Position numbers and translations under genes: made by a program. DNA of 64,000 nucleotides, taken from contig NC_043000.1 of the NCBI RefSeq assembly GCF_006345805.1, positions 58,342,001-58,406,000 of the forward strand. Direction: 5' to 3'. The notes under the pieces are model-generated. The model was not told the origin of the DNA. It was given only the letters and a program-made list of their open reading frames with translations, and ran no database searches. Of the stretch, positions 23,628 to 35,551 are shown piece after piece. The stretch's first letter is position 1. The number at the start of each line of letters is the position of its first letter. The stretch is from Octopus sinensis. Its lineage: Eukaryota.

Positions 23628-23686
23628 GGGTCTGAAGAAATGCTGTAAAGCTGAGCATTTTACGGAAGTGAAACCCTGGGTAACCC
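23628..23686 (+). ncRNA. Minimal type I hammerhead ribozyme motif, sense to the peroxidasin pre-mRNA
   Basis: GGGU-CUGAAGA(A)-stem II-GAAA-CCCUGGG-UA/ACCC; GUA cleavage triplet after 23682; near-palindromic stem III. Confidence 0.65.
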
Positions 23687-23723
23687 CATAGACCAGCCAT
23701 AACTATCTTTATCTAATTAAATA

Positions 23724-23756
<33 letters not shown>

Positions 23757-23885
23757 TTAAATAATGAGGGAGATAAGTTAATATTAATTTTAATATCAAT
23801 TTAAAACCAGTAGTCCAGCATACAAAAAATCTGAGAAGTCAGAGAAAATTCTAATATATGTGTATATTGGCAGGGCTTACTGCTA

Positions 23886-24309
23886 GGAAGTCGGCCGAAT
23901 GCTAGAAATAGACCATCAACGATCAAACTACAAGGAAATTCTCTAGAGGAAAAAATTCAGCGAACACCAGAACCAAATTTGGCGGGCAGGACAGATGAAA
24001 ATTTATATAAAAAACAGAATTAAATGCATACCTCGGTTTCGGCCTTTAACTAAAGAATTACTTACGTAATTCAAATGTCCGTGCTTCTTCAGTGCATTGG
24101 TTCATTGTAATGTAAACTGAAAAACTAACCCCAGCTTTTCGTGCCAGGACAGACACGTGTTTAGCTTTACCGATTACACTAGGGATAAAATTTCAAATGT
24201 CTTGGTTCTGGCGCGCTAATAAATTCCTGAGGCGAAGGGCTGCAGTAAATAATTCACTGCGGTTGGTGCTTATCGTTGATGGTCTATTTCTAGCATTCGG
24301 CCGACTTCC
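23886..24309. mobile_element. 424-bp element with perfect 38-bp terminal inverted repeats, CpG-rich (young), between (TA)n tracts
   Basis: GGAAGTCGGCCGAATGCTAGAAATAGACCATCAACGAT at 23886-923 and its exact reverse complement at 24272-309. Confidence 0.85.
24023..24098 (-). ncRNA. Type I hammerhead ribozyme motif inside the element bounded by 38-bp inverted repeats
   Basis: Stem I AAUGCA/UGCAUU (6 bp), CUGAAGA(A), GAAA, stem III ACC-GA-GGU, GUA triplet; base of stem II weak, distal hairpin GAAUUAC/GUAAUUC. Confidence 0.6.
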
Positions 24310-24531
24310 ATATATATATATATATATTGTGTGTGTATGTGTGAGTGTGTGCGTGTGCGTGTGTGTATGTGTGTGTGAGGCGAGATAAAAAAACAAAAAA
24401 TATATGTATATGTTAGTGTGTGCGTCTGTGTGTAGGCGTGTGAGGTAGGGCGAAAAATTATATATATATATATATATATATTCTCCCTATATTATATATT
24501 CCCTAATATTATTATTATTATAATATATATA

Positions 24532-24571
<40 letters not shown>

Positions 24572-24604
24572 AATACTTTATTTAAAAGCAGCAGAAAATT
24601 CAAC

Positions 24605-24651
24605 AAAACCTGTTACTCTGAGTTTCACGTTCCCGTTCGTCGGACAGTTTT
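24605..24651 (-). ncRNA. Type I hammerhead variant with core CCGACGA (U4C)
   Basis: Stem I AAAACUGU/ACAG(G)UUUU, stem II ACG-GGAA-CGU, GAAA, stem III ACUC-A-GAGU, GUA triplet. Confidence 0.62.
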
Positions 24652-24750
24652 TGCTCTAGCAAATATGCTTTAAATAAAGCATATTACTCTACCACTGGTA
24701 TTTGAGTACTCTTTTTTCCACCTTGTTTCACATTTATGTGTTTACTCCGG

Positions 24751-24786
<36 letters not shown>

Positions 24787-25163
24787 TCTATATATATATA
24801 TAGGTGGATGTATGTATGCATGTATGTATGTGTGTGTGTGTGTGTGCGTATATAATACCTATTGTAAATTTTCATTTTGATTAATTAATAAGTAGTGAAA
24901 AATTTTCAAAAGATTTAGAAACATATATAAATCAACCCAACAAGGGACCCTCTATGTGGTCATTCAACTTACTAGAAGGAGCAACCAATTCTATAGTCCA
25001 AAATACAGCAAATCTGTATAAAAGATTGAACACTCGCAATTGAGATGCCTTTAATCATAAGCCTATTGGAATGTCTTTAATCATAAGGACTGAATAATGA
25101 TTCATGAAATTTTTCAGTATCTAAGCACTAACCAAAAAATGTGATTACTATATTGTTATTATT

Positions 25164-25487
25164 AGTCATCCTAAGACAGATATATATTTTCATTTCCAAA
25201 TTTGCCAAGAGACTCAAAGCTGTTCAGTATCAGCCACTGAGACCAGCTAATTTTAGTTATATCTATAGAATTAACCAAAAATCTATATCTTGACATTCAG
25301 ATAGAAGGCATTGAAAAAAAATTATGAAGAATCTTGAAAGAATGATTCATAAACTTAGAAAACAAATATGTACCAAGCTATTTTTGTTGAAACAACATTT
25401 CACAATCACTATAACTGTTACATCATACTAAAATTTTGCTAGGAGTCCTAAAGGCTAGTACTTACCTCTAATGTCATGGAATGAATT
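25164..25487 (+). pseudogene. Decayed duplicate of the 3' part of peroxidasin exon 20060-20328 plus its downstream intron
   Basis: Aligns with about 20125-20498 (e.g. CAAATTTGCCAAGAGACTCA); donor CAA/GTATGT changed to CAA/ATATGT; indels break the frame. Confidence 0.88.
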
Positions 25488-25512
25488 TATTGAGACTAAA
25501 TAACATATTTAC

Positions 25513-25830
25513 AAAGTCAGAAAACAGCATAGATCCCATGACTTTAGGTAACATTCTTTCACGCTGAGAGTTGCTGAAGCATGGAACAAACTGCCGGCAT
25601 CAGTTGTTAGTTGTCGGAGCACTGCATCCTTCAAAACTTCCATGCTTTCTGAGATTCGCCAACATTACACCTGATTTTCTCCCCTCCATACACACACAAG
25701 CATGTATCTGACTCATACATTGTTTGCTTTCCAGACATTTGTACATTACTGCATGTACTTTATACGCACTTTCTGACAAGTTGTGGTGCACCTGAGCACT
25801 GTATACAATAATTTCATTATTATTATTATT
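25513..25830 (+). mobile_element. CR1/L2-type LINE 3' fragment with (ATT)n tail
   Basis: Translates to HSFTLRVAEAWNKLPASVVSCRSTASFK (F-x-x-R-V-x3-W-N-x-L-P motif), then 3' UTR and ATT repeats. Confidence 0.78.
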
Positions 25831-26015
25831 AACAACAATATCAGTTCCTAGATAGTGAATTGTTTTTATTTTAAAAACAAAATTTATCGTATTTTGAATA
25901 TGTATACCCTGCTTTCTCTTTATTCATATTTTTGATATATACTGTATCGTATCATACCTTTCCACTTACTTCTGGGAAATAATATATTACATATTGGAAA
26001 AATTTTTTTTTCCAG

Positions 26016-26132
26016 GTATTTGGACTGCAAAAGCAACAATCAAGTCTTTCAACATGTGTAGGAGCTGATGGCAAAAGATATTCTAACTCTGAAGAATGGA
26101 AAGTGAATGATTGCCAAGTGTGTAAATGCAAG
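26016..26132 (+). CDS. PXDN: Peroxidasin exon: N-terminal half of VWC domain (C...GKRYSNSEEWKVNDCQVCKCK)
   Basis: tttttccAG acceptor, AAG/GTAAGT donor at 26133, phase 0/0; W-x4-C-x2-C-x-C pattern. Confidence 0.9.
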
Positions 26133-26599
26133 GTAAGTGATATTTTAAATAGATTTATTTGGTGAGGTCTAAATGTGTACCACACTGATTGGTATAAGTC
26201 CCATAATCACATAACTTCAGTCAGCACATACAATGGCTTATATATACTGACCAGAGAGTCACAAATTCACCTTCTTTTGTAACAATTGCTTTCTATTCTT
26301 TAATACAGAATTTAATTTATATTCCTTTAATTTCTTGCTAATTTCTGTTATTGGGCTGTAACCATGCTGGAGTGCTGATCCTATCTAAAGGTTTTAGTCA
26401 AATATACCAATCTCAGAATGTAGTCTGCTCATTTTATGAAATATCTGAGAGTTCATCTATTCAGTTACTTCTCTTAACAGCTATCTATTCTGCTAGGGTG
26501 TAAATACAATCAAGAATTTACACTGGAACATGAAAACATGCACACACACACATACACACAGGGAGAGAGAAAGGTATTACCTAGATGACTCAATAAGTA

Positions 26600-27140
26600 G
26601 TGGAGGTAGATGTTCTGACAGCATAAGAGTAAGAACATGGTAGAAAAGTTCAAGGAGCTATTACCTCAAATGATAACAAAAGATTTGTCTCCTGGAGTAA
26701 TTGCATGATGTTTGTGTACAAAGTGCAATGTTGCATGGTAGTGAAATGTGAACACTGAATGTGAAGAATTTGAACAGATTAGAAAGAAATGAAGAAAAGA
26801 AGAAGCATGCACTTTCGGATTTATAACATTAATGTGCATGAATGACAGAAAGCAAATGAGCTGAGAGAAAAGCTGAATATAAAAGGAATTCGATGTAGTA
26901 AGCAAGAGGGAAGACAATGCTGGTATGGGCTTATAGTATATTTGGAGGATAGCAGTTGTATAAAGATGGACTGAGTGCTTGAAGTTGATGGAACTATAGA
27001 AGAAGGAGACAAGAGGTGAAATGGTGAACACTTATCTAATTAGGCTTTACTAAGTACTGTGATAAGTATTACAAAGTATGTGATAAGAGGTGACACATAG
27101 TACTGAAGAAGATCCACTTACCTAAAGAAACATGACAAAA
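26600..27140 (+). mobile_element. Decayed RTE-clade LINE ORF fragment
   Basis: Frameshifted peptides EKFKELLPQMITKDLS and MLHGSEM*TLNVKNLNRLERNE resemble the post-RT region of RTE elements. Confidence 0.68.
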
Positions 27141-28911
27141 TGGATGTAAAACTAGTGGTGATGGAGACCAAGATGTATAATATCTATTGTTGCATCTCTC
27201 ATCTGCTCTCATTTACTGTTCTCATCTCTTTGTTACCTTCTCTGCTGTTGCTGCACCATGTCATCTGTGTAACAAGGAATGATACCCTATCGCTCTCATT
27301 TCCGTCAGTCTCTCTTTCTTAAGATTCTTTTTTTCCCCATCATGCTATTCATTCTGTTTTTCTAGTCAAACTCCTTACTAATGACTAACATGTAGCTCTC
27401 CAACATAATTTCTCTTCCATAACTCCCATTTCTCTCTCCCTCTCATTCCATTCACTCTGTTACATCATTGTCTCTCTTCTATCACTCTCTTACACTGGGT
27501 TTCTCTCTTTCTCTCTCATCACCCTCATAGTCATGTGACTTTAAATATATGGAGACAATGTTGTTACAAAGCAACCTCTTTAGTACTGGTGCCATTATAA
27601 AAAGCATTTAAAACAGTTAGCATCAAAAATGGCATCCAGCCAGAGAAACCATTCCAAAAATGGAACATACGAGTAAGATGTGGTCCCCAAAATAAAAAGT
27701 GATCTGGGCCATAATGACCATCAGTCATCATGGTCCAGCTCATACCAGGTTTTCATCTATCAAATTTCACTTGCAATGTACTGGCCAACTAAGAGCTATG
27801 GTAGATGTTATTTGCCAAAATTTGATTGAATCTAGAATTGAATCTGAAAGGCATAGCTGTATAGTTAAGAAATTTGCTACCAAAGACCTCTATAATCGAT
27901 TGTTCTATATTGTAACAATTCCAGTGTACCCCATCACTATACTATATTTACATTTACATATATTACATTGTTACACTCACCAAAAATGTAATGGGTTGAC
28001 ATTAGAATTTAGCTTGACACTGTGGTTTGTTTACTCACTGTTTATCCCTAATACAATATCATACAGGTATTTTGAAAATACCTACAGAATGACGACCATG
28101 CACTGCATAGTTACAGGTTGCCCTTTGGCAAGGCATAGCACCTGTTCAGCCACCCTGCCAGGGATATGGCAAAGTCATAGGATTGCAGCATGGTTGATTA
28201 TGAAGAAGTAGCAGAAGAACTCAATCGAACCAACAGTGCTGCTTTCATTAATGATTGGTGGAGGAATCCTAGAAGATCAACAGTCAGGTTCACCAAGCTC
28301 TCTTAAGACAGTAACTGCAATGCATTCACAGGGATAGCATCCAAAGTTGTGTAATCAGCTAATGAAAGATTCATTTTCAAATTCATAATAATAAAATTGA
28401 GTCATGGGAGTCTGCATAAACAGAGTGACCAACAATATTATATGCTTTTCAATATCCACTAGTTTCACTGTAGCTTGCTACAGCTATCTGTTTGCTTTCA
28501 TTACATCACACACACCATAATGTAGCTGAATATTAACCAATATGATATGAAAATTATTAAAAGGTCCATCAATTTGCTTACTGAACCAAAAATTCTCCAA
28601 AAGGCCTTTAGGCAATACAAAAAGAAACACTTCATATATATATATAAATAAAATCCTTCAGTGACCCAAAATATAATGTAGAAGATATAATTATCTAAGC
28701 CTCAAGAGTCTTTTAGAAGCCAATATTTAGTTCCAGTCTCATTGTATTATGTAAACAATACATAATTTGGATAAGATGCTATCTATCTCAGTTAACTTTC
28801 TTAGATAATCTTGCTAATATTAATGACAGACAGATAAACTGAACTTTGTGTAACAAAGTTTACTGCCTGAATGCCCAACTATGAAGTTGCTTGACCGAGA
28901 CCATATTTCAT

Positions 28912-29625
28912 CATCATCATCGTTTAACGTCCACTTTCCATGCTAGCATGGGTTGGACGATTTTGACTGAGGGCTGGTGAACCAGATGGCTGCACAAGGC
29001 TCCAGTCTTGATTTGGCAGAGTTTCTACAGCTGGATGCCCTTCCTAACGCCAACCACTCCGAGAGTGTAGTGGGTGCTTTTTACGTGCCACCGGCACGGG
29101 GGCCAGTCAGGCGGTACTGGCAACGACCTCGCTTGAATCTTTTTACAAATGCCACCAGCACAGGTGCCAGTAAGACGACGTTGGTAACAATCATGCTCGA
29201 ATGGTGCCCTTTTATGTGCCACCGGCACGGAAGCCAGTTGGCTGCTCTGGCAATGATCACACTCAGATGGTGCTCTTGGCACCCTACTAGCATGGTAACG
29301 ATCACACTCAAATGGTGTCTTTTATGTGCCACAACGATCACACTCGAATGGTGCCTTTTATGTGCCACTGGCACAGAAGCCGGTTAGCCACTCTGTCAAC
29401 GATCACACTTGTATGGTGCTCTTTGCACCCCGCTAGTATGGATGCCAGTCATCGAATGTGATTTTGATTTCACTTGCCTCAACAGGTCTTCGCAAGCAGA
29501 GTTTAGTGTTCAAGGAAGGAAAAGGTACGCATAAGCGGGCTGGTTACGCTCCTGGCATAGGCCACAGGTTATGGTCTCATTTGGCTTGCCGGGTCTTCTC
29601 AAACACAGCATATTTCCAAAAGTCT
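28912..29625 (-). mobile_element. RTE-type LINE 3' end: ORF tail (YAVFEKTRQAK*, stop 29577-79), modular 3' UTR, (GAT)n tail
   Basis: ATC repeats at 28912; internal repeated AACGATCACACTCGAATGGTG and GTGCCACCGGCAC units; related copies at 42880-43270 (-) and 11090-11280 (+). Confidence 0.72.
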
Positions 29626-30151
29626 CAACATTAATACTTTACAATAAAAAAAATATAAAGTATAAAATAAAGCAAAAAGCTGGCAAAATCATTAGCATGC
29701 TGAACAAAATTCTTAGGGGCATTTTGTCTGTCTTTATGTTTTCAGTTCAAATTCCACTGAGGTTAATAAAATAAGTACCAGTTGAACACTGGAGTTGATT
29801 TAATCATCTTAGCCCTTCTCCCAAACCTGCTGGCCTTGTGACAAAAAATTTGAAACCAATAAAAATTAAAAATATCTAAAAAAAACCCAAACCTTTAAAG
29901 TCTAAGACATTAGGATTTGATGGCTAGACCCGATTTTTAAATGTAATGCCAGTATATCAAAGTAGTAGATGATAATACAATCAGCCATACCATTAAAATC
30001 ATTGTTCCAACACGGCCATGTGACTGAAACCATGTAAAAGAATCACCAATTCAAATTCAATCTTGTATTTTACATCAATAAAAATAAGTATTTTGGTGTT
30101 TGGTATCAATTCTATTCCACTGGTATAATTATTTTTGAAATCTATTTACAG

Positions 30152-30244
30152 AATGGCCAAGTGGAATGTGAGAAAGAAATATGTCCACCAGCAACTTGCA
30201 GCAATCCTAAAACAGTTCCAGGTGTTTGCTGTCAAATGTGTTAA
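30152..30244 (+). CDS. PXDN: Peroxidasin last coding exon: end of VWC domain (NGQVECEKEICPPATCSNPKTVPGVCCQMC*)
   Basis: tttacAG acceptor; C-x4-C-x4-C...CC-x2-C then TAA at 30242-44. Confidence 0.92.
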   Translation, partial: NGQVECEKEICPPATCSNPKTVPGVCCQMC

Positions 30245-32587
30245 GAATCAGCAAAACTTTCTTGATTAAAAAACAAGCTTTGGAGGATAGACAATTCTTC
30301 ACATTTCTTTCACAGCTCTAGCAATGAAATTGACAAAAATATTTTTCACAAAATTCATCTGTGTATATATTCTTTTATTTTTATTTTTAATGATTTCAGA
30401 AAGAGTGGCCATATTGAGGCACAGCCTTAAAAAGTTTTAGATATCGACCCCTCAGTACTTTTTTTGGCTCTTATTTCATTTTTCCTTCTAAGATATGAAT
30501 AGGCAAAAATGAATGTTGATGTATAGGGAGATAACTTAACTGCACATTAATAACAGGGTATCCCTGTTTGAATCTACTAGCTTGACCCAATTCACTTACA
30601 TGCACATACATACTTATATAGTGCAATTTGAATTTAAATTACATCATAAATAACCACTGTTTTGAATTCCATGTGTATTCCTGTATAGCTGAAGGAAAAC
30701 CATGAAGTAGACTCATGTTACAGTCCATTTATCATTTGGTTACAATCCACAGTTGGGTATTCCCAGAGTAGATATACGAAACAAAGCAAAATAACAGGAG
30801 AGTTTGTTTGTAAAATATTTAGTTACATCATCTTACACATATTTCATTAATAAAAAATTATTATGAGTTATATAATGTAAATTATATAACCTAATTGCAT
30901 TGTCAAATCTTCAGAGAAGCATAACTCTCATTTGTAAATTCATATTTGCATATTGAATTAGTGTTGCCACCTCTGTTACTGAAACAACTGTTTATGTCAT
31001 TGCTTATATATCTGCCTCAAAAACACATCTAGTTGTCTCTATACTGCTTAAGTGATAACTCTGTCACATAGATTGCTGCTTTGTTTAATCTGCTTCAAAA
31101 ACAGCTGTTTGTCATTCTAAAAACCAAAATAAATAGTATCTTACTTGGAAACAAAGGGCTACAAGCCATTACATGCTCCCTATTTTCTCAGTATGTGTGA
31201 TACAAAACTTGTACACTAGTCTAACTCAAACTTTTTAGTTATGATCTTTAAATATAAATATGTATATATGCATATATGTGTGTACATATATTATTTGCAG
31301 ATATGTCTGTGTATATCTATGTATGGTGCATGCATGCATAGATTTAATCACAGCCTTATAACCAAAGTCATACACACAAGTGCACTAAAATATTTCTTGT
31401 GGACCACCGTAAAAATTTAAGAGAAGTAAAAATGCAAAACCTTACTGACATGTCTAATTACTTTGGAAGAGTTCTGAGTTTAATATTTTGTTTTCACTCA
31501 TTAATTTGCACCTCACTCTAATCAAAAAGTAAGCATTATAAATTTTATTATCATTGTTGTTGCTAGCAGAATCATCCTTTTGGAGTCAATAAAAGAAGTA
31601 CCAATGAAGTACTGGGGTTGATGTAATTCAAAACTGCAGGCCTTGTGCCAAAATTAGAAAAGAGTTAAGAATCTGTCAAGTGCTACTGTTTTTAGTTATA
31701 TCCCTTTACAGGTTGGTTTTCCCTTTCATCTATCTGGGGTTGATAAAATAAGCACCATTACCTGAATTACCAGTCAAGAACTGGGGTACAATATTGACAA
31801 CTGTAGTCTACCCAACAATTGTGGTTATGTACTAATGTTGGAGATCCATTATTGTTATAATTATTTTCTAATTGCTATATTGATGTCATGACCATATCAG
31901 CTTATTATTTATATGGTTAAACTCGTTATGTATTTTCAATGATGTATGAAAGTTCACACATTATCATTATGCCATCATTCCTACAGTAACAGAATGGTAT
32001 TTAGCTGTTCTCATTCCTTTCGTTATTTTTGATATATATGCTGTTCTCATTAATATTAATATAGTGGGTACCTTTGATGTATTAGATTCCTGGAAAAACA
32101 AGTTTATATCTCATTTTCAATTTCCAGTTGTTTTTATATATTAGTAATGGTCTGGGGGAAAATCATAATCTTCAGAATTAACTTTCTCATATAAATCTGA
32201 GGCTATAATTGCCTATGTGTTAAGACACCATTATTGATGTTAACAAACTATCATTTTTTTGGCTCTTATTGTTTGCGTCCAGAAATATTTTTGTAGAAAG
32301 AAACTTCAAAAAGGTTTGATTAATTTCCTTCCTACAGAAATAATTTTTTATTTATTTATTTAGGTAAATCTTGAAATCAATATAAATTTCCTTCATTTTG
32401 CTAAAAGATTTGGTAAATAAACTGCAATTTAAATATATGGTGGTTCTTGTAGGATGTAGTTGACTTTGAATTTCATACATTTATCTCCAAACTATTTCAT
32501 TATATAGTAATTCTTTTTGAAAGATTTCCCTCCAAATTCTTTCTTTTATTGAAATGTCATGATTTTTTATATCCTTTTACTTCAGAA

Positions 32588-32630
<43 letters not shown>

Positions 32631-33256
32631 CAAGGTTTTTAAAGTATACATCTTGTGAAGACTTTCAAAATTTTAAAAGGTCATACGTAAATTTAAATCC
32701 AAAAAGTGAAAGTTTTTTAATGCTGTTTTAATAAATGTCAAAAGCTGTGGAGATAAGCAAATAGCAAACTAAGCTTGTGAGCTGATTGTGATACTTGGTT
32801 GAAACTATGTCAGTTTCATTTTTTTTTTCTACATTATTAGTCTTTGAAGCAAGAATTAATGTCATAACTTCTCATTTCTCTTTGTGGTGTGAACCTGAAG
32901 ATTTTTGCCTATATAAACAGTCACTTTATTAAATAAGAATTCACTGTATTAATAACCAATTAAATATTTGATTCAACAATGACATTATCACTTATCTTCA
33001 CCTTGTATACACATTTCACTGAACTCTGAACTGCACATGACTGCATTTCAAATAGCATTGTTTGGGGCCAGAAAACATGAACTAAGCACTCTTCTGTGTG
33101 AGAGAAAGTTTAGCTTCATTTCAAAAATAACTTTTTGTCAAAAAACTGTTTGTTCCATGTGCATTTTATCAATTTTCAAGCTCCACTGTGGTTAATACCT
33201 CAATCAGGAAATTAGAATTCAATAATATTATTTAATAATAATTTATTACTTCTTAA

Positions 33257-33453
33257 CCCTTTAGCATTTAAACTGGCCATATCCAGCCTAAATATTCTAT
33301 ATCTTTTAAATTCAAACTGGCCAGATCCAGCTGCTTATTCTAAAAATAATCACATCAATGGAATCTCAAAGCTCTGACATGATGCATGATTAATTCAAAA
33401 CGATGTGAATAAATAAGCAGTGCATGTGACAGAGTAATCTCAATGTTATAAGG
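33257..33453. mobile_element. piggyBac-like MITE
   Basis: TTAA on both flanks; imperfect TIR CCCTTTAGCATT / AATGTTATAAGG. Confidence 0.6.
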
Positions 33454-34322
33454 TTAATGATTTAATTAGAAAAAGAGGGCTTGAAATTTGGTAAAAATAA
33501 TTAGTGATATTTTAGTGTCATCTGTACACAATAATCTTAAGTGATATCAGTTGTGCAGTAGTGGAATTATCACACTTTCATTAATGATGTGAGTCCTATA
33601 AAACCTTTAAATTTAGAAGCAAATACCAATTGAAGAAATTTTTGTCAATAGGAGCAACAGCAGGGCAACACCACCTTTATATGGAAAAGATGATGGCATA
33701 TCTCAAAATATTTTTTCGATGCTAGTTGTGCAGTTTTTAAGTTTCAGAGACTATTGGAACTCGAAATCAACTCCAAGACTAGAAACTGATGCCCAGTAAT
33801 CAATTTCTTGTCAATATGAAACACCTAGTTGGGCAGGTGAAAGTGATACAACAGCAATAGGTAAAAACAACATTCATAGTATATACCAACGACTATTATA
33901 TCAGATCAGCAAATTTCATCTAAAGCAATTGTTAGGTTTTTATGATTTTTGTACTGGACAAACTACATTTCATTAAAATCACTAGTTTCTTCAGGACTGG
34001 GAAATTTATGTAGAGAAAGTACAACAGGACTTTAGGATTTACAGGTGATTTTGTTTGGATTGGTTAAAGATATTTAATAAATATTAAATACAATAAAAAA
34101 GGGAACAAACAGTTGCAGGTTTTTCTTTTTTTCTGTTTTATGGTAAATAAACGTAAAATCATTGAAATAATATAATGATCATACATGAATATAGAAAACA
34201 TTTTATTACAACAAATTTAGTTTTGAGATCTTTGAAGTTTTGATGTAGTGGAAATTTGGCCAATGAGAATTCAGCATTTGAGTTACATGACTAAGTGTGA
34301 AAGATTTGTTTCTTAGAAAAAT

Positions 34323-34443
34323 TTAACAAAATTCAAGTTTTGAGAATTTAATAAGGCTTAGTGCAGCTTCAAATTCTTCCCGAAATCCATTGGCTGGTTC
34401 ATAACTGTGATCAACACATGCTTCAAGAAACACACTTTCTTCC
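34323..34443 (-). CDS. THAP-domain gene, probable last exon (EESVFLEACVDHSYEP...EAALSLIKFSKLEFC*)
   Basis: Strong pyrimidine tract + cAG acceptor in the matching phase 2; DHSY fits the (D/E)HxY HCF-1-binding motif typical of THAP proteins; TAA stop; AATAAA on - at 34202-34207. Confidence 0.78.
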
Positions 34444-35551
34444 CTGATAATGAGAAGAATAAAGTTTTTTATTTTTGAAACAGTTTACCAAGAAATAAGT
34501 TTTAATTTTTCAAGTTTTAGATATTGTAATGATATAATATTACATATTACAGATGTTGTACCAAGGGTAGTTGAAGAGGATTTCAGTTGAGGAATTAATA
34601 GGGTGCCAGACAACTGTTAATAATTGGCTTTTAACATTGCATCATTAGCTTTGCTTTGTCTATGGTCCATAAGTAGCTCTCACTAGTTCAGTTCATCCAT
34701 CCATCCATCTATCTTCCTTGCCCCCTATTCTTAGAAGAGTCGTGGGGGTAGTATCCTCAGGTACCTCCTCCATAGGGTCTCACCAAAAGTAACTGTCATT
34801 AGACTTTCCTAATGGATTCCAAGCATGACCAACTGAGACTATGGATATTATCTAACCATCTTATTCTTGATTTACCTCCTAGCTCTTCGGCTCAGCTTGA
34901 AGAATCCATGTTATGATGATTCTTCCCTGTGACATTCTAATCACGCATCTATAGTACCAGAGCTATGCACTCTGTAAATAGATACCATGAAAGCTCTCCA
35001 CTATATAAATTGAGGAAGTAGTGCATAAATAATGAGACATTGCTTAGTTTGTAAAGAGATAAAGGGATGTACTCCACTAGGTTGACTAGCTCCCCAACAT
35101 GATGATAATAGACATCCTAATTAACATCTAGACAAATCCAGTGGGTTATGAGACTTATAATGAAATAAACATTGTGTTAATAGTTTGTTCTATGCATACA
35201 CTCATTTCTTGTAAGAATGAAGTAACTAGGTTGATTCCAAAGGTTGTGCTTAAATTTTTTTTACCAATTTTCTCCACCATGAAATACAATGTTACAATGG
35301 TTAATTTCAAAAAAGTGTTATACAATATTTAGACAATTAAATCAAGTTTTGAATTGTGCTTATTAGTCAAGTGGCTTGACCTGAGAATGTGTGTTGAAAC
35401 AATAATGTAGAAAGTCATGATAACCTTCTAAAACACAAATATTTTGTTATATTCACTTTCATTGTATTAGGTGGTAATATATATTATAGTAAACAAAGGA
35501 CAATTCATTCATCCATATATATATATATATATATATATCATATATATACTA

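Larger units (their letters stand above)
23493..23719. repeat. Fold-back palindrome, about 100-bp arms and 27-nt loop
   Basis: 23493-23595 is the reverse complement of 23623-23719 apart from scattered substitutions and one small indel; TAATTA at both ends. Confidence 0.93.

Noticed and set aside
27103-27140. CTGAAGA...GAAACATGAC hammerhead-like string
   Set aside because: No stem II, no UH cleavage site; explained as decayed RTE coding sequence.
29085-29440. Repeat-spacer pattern resembling a CRISPR array
   Set aside because: Eukaryotic context, unequal degenerate repeats, spacers related to each other, no cas genes; it lies in a LINE 3' UTR.
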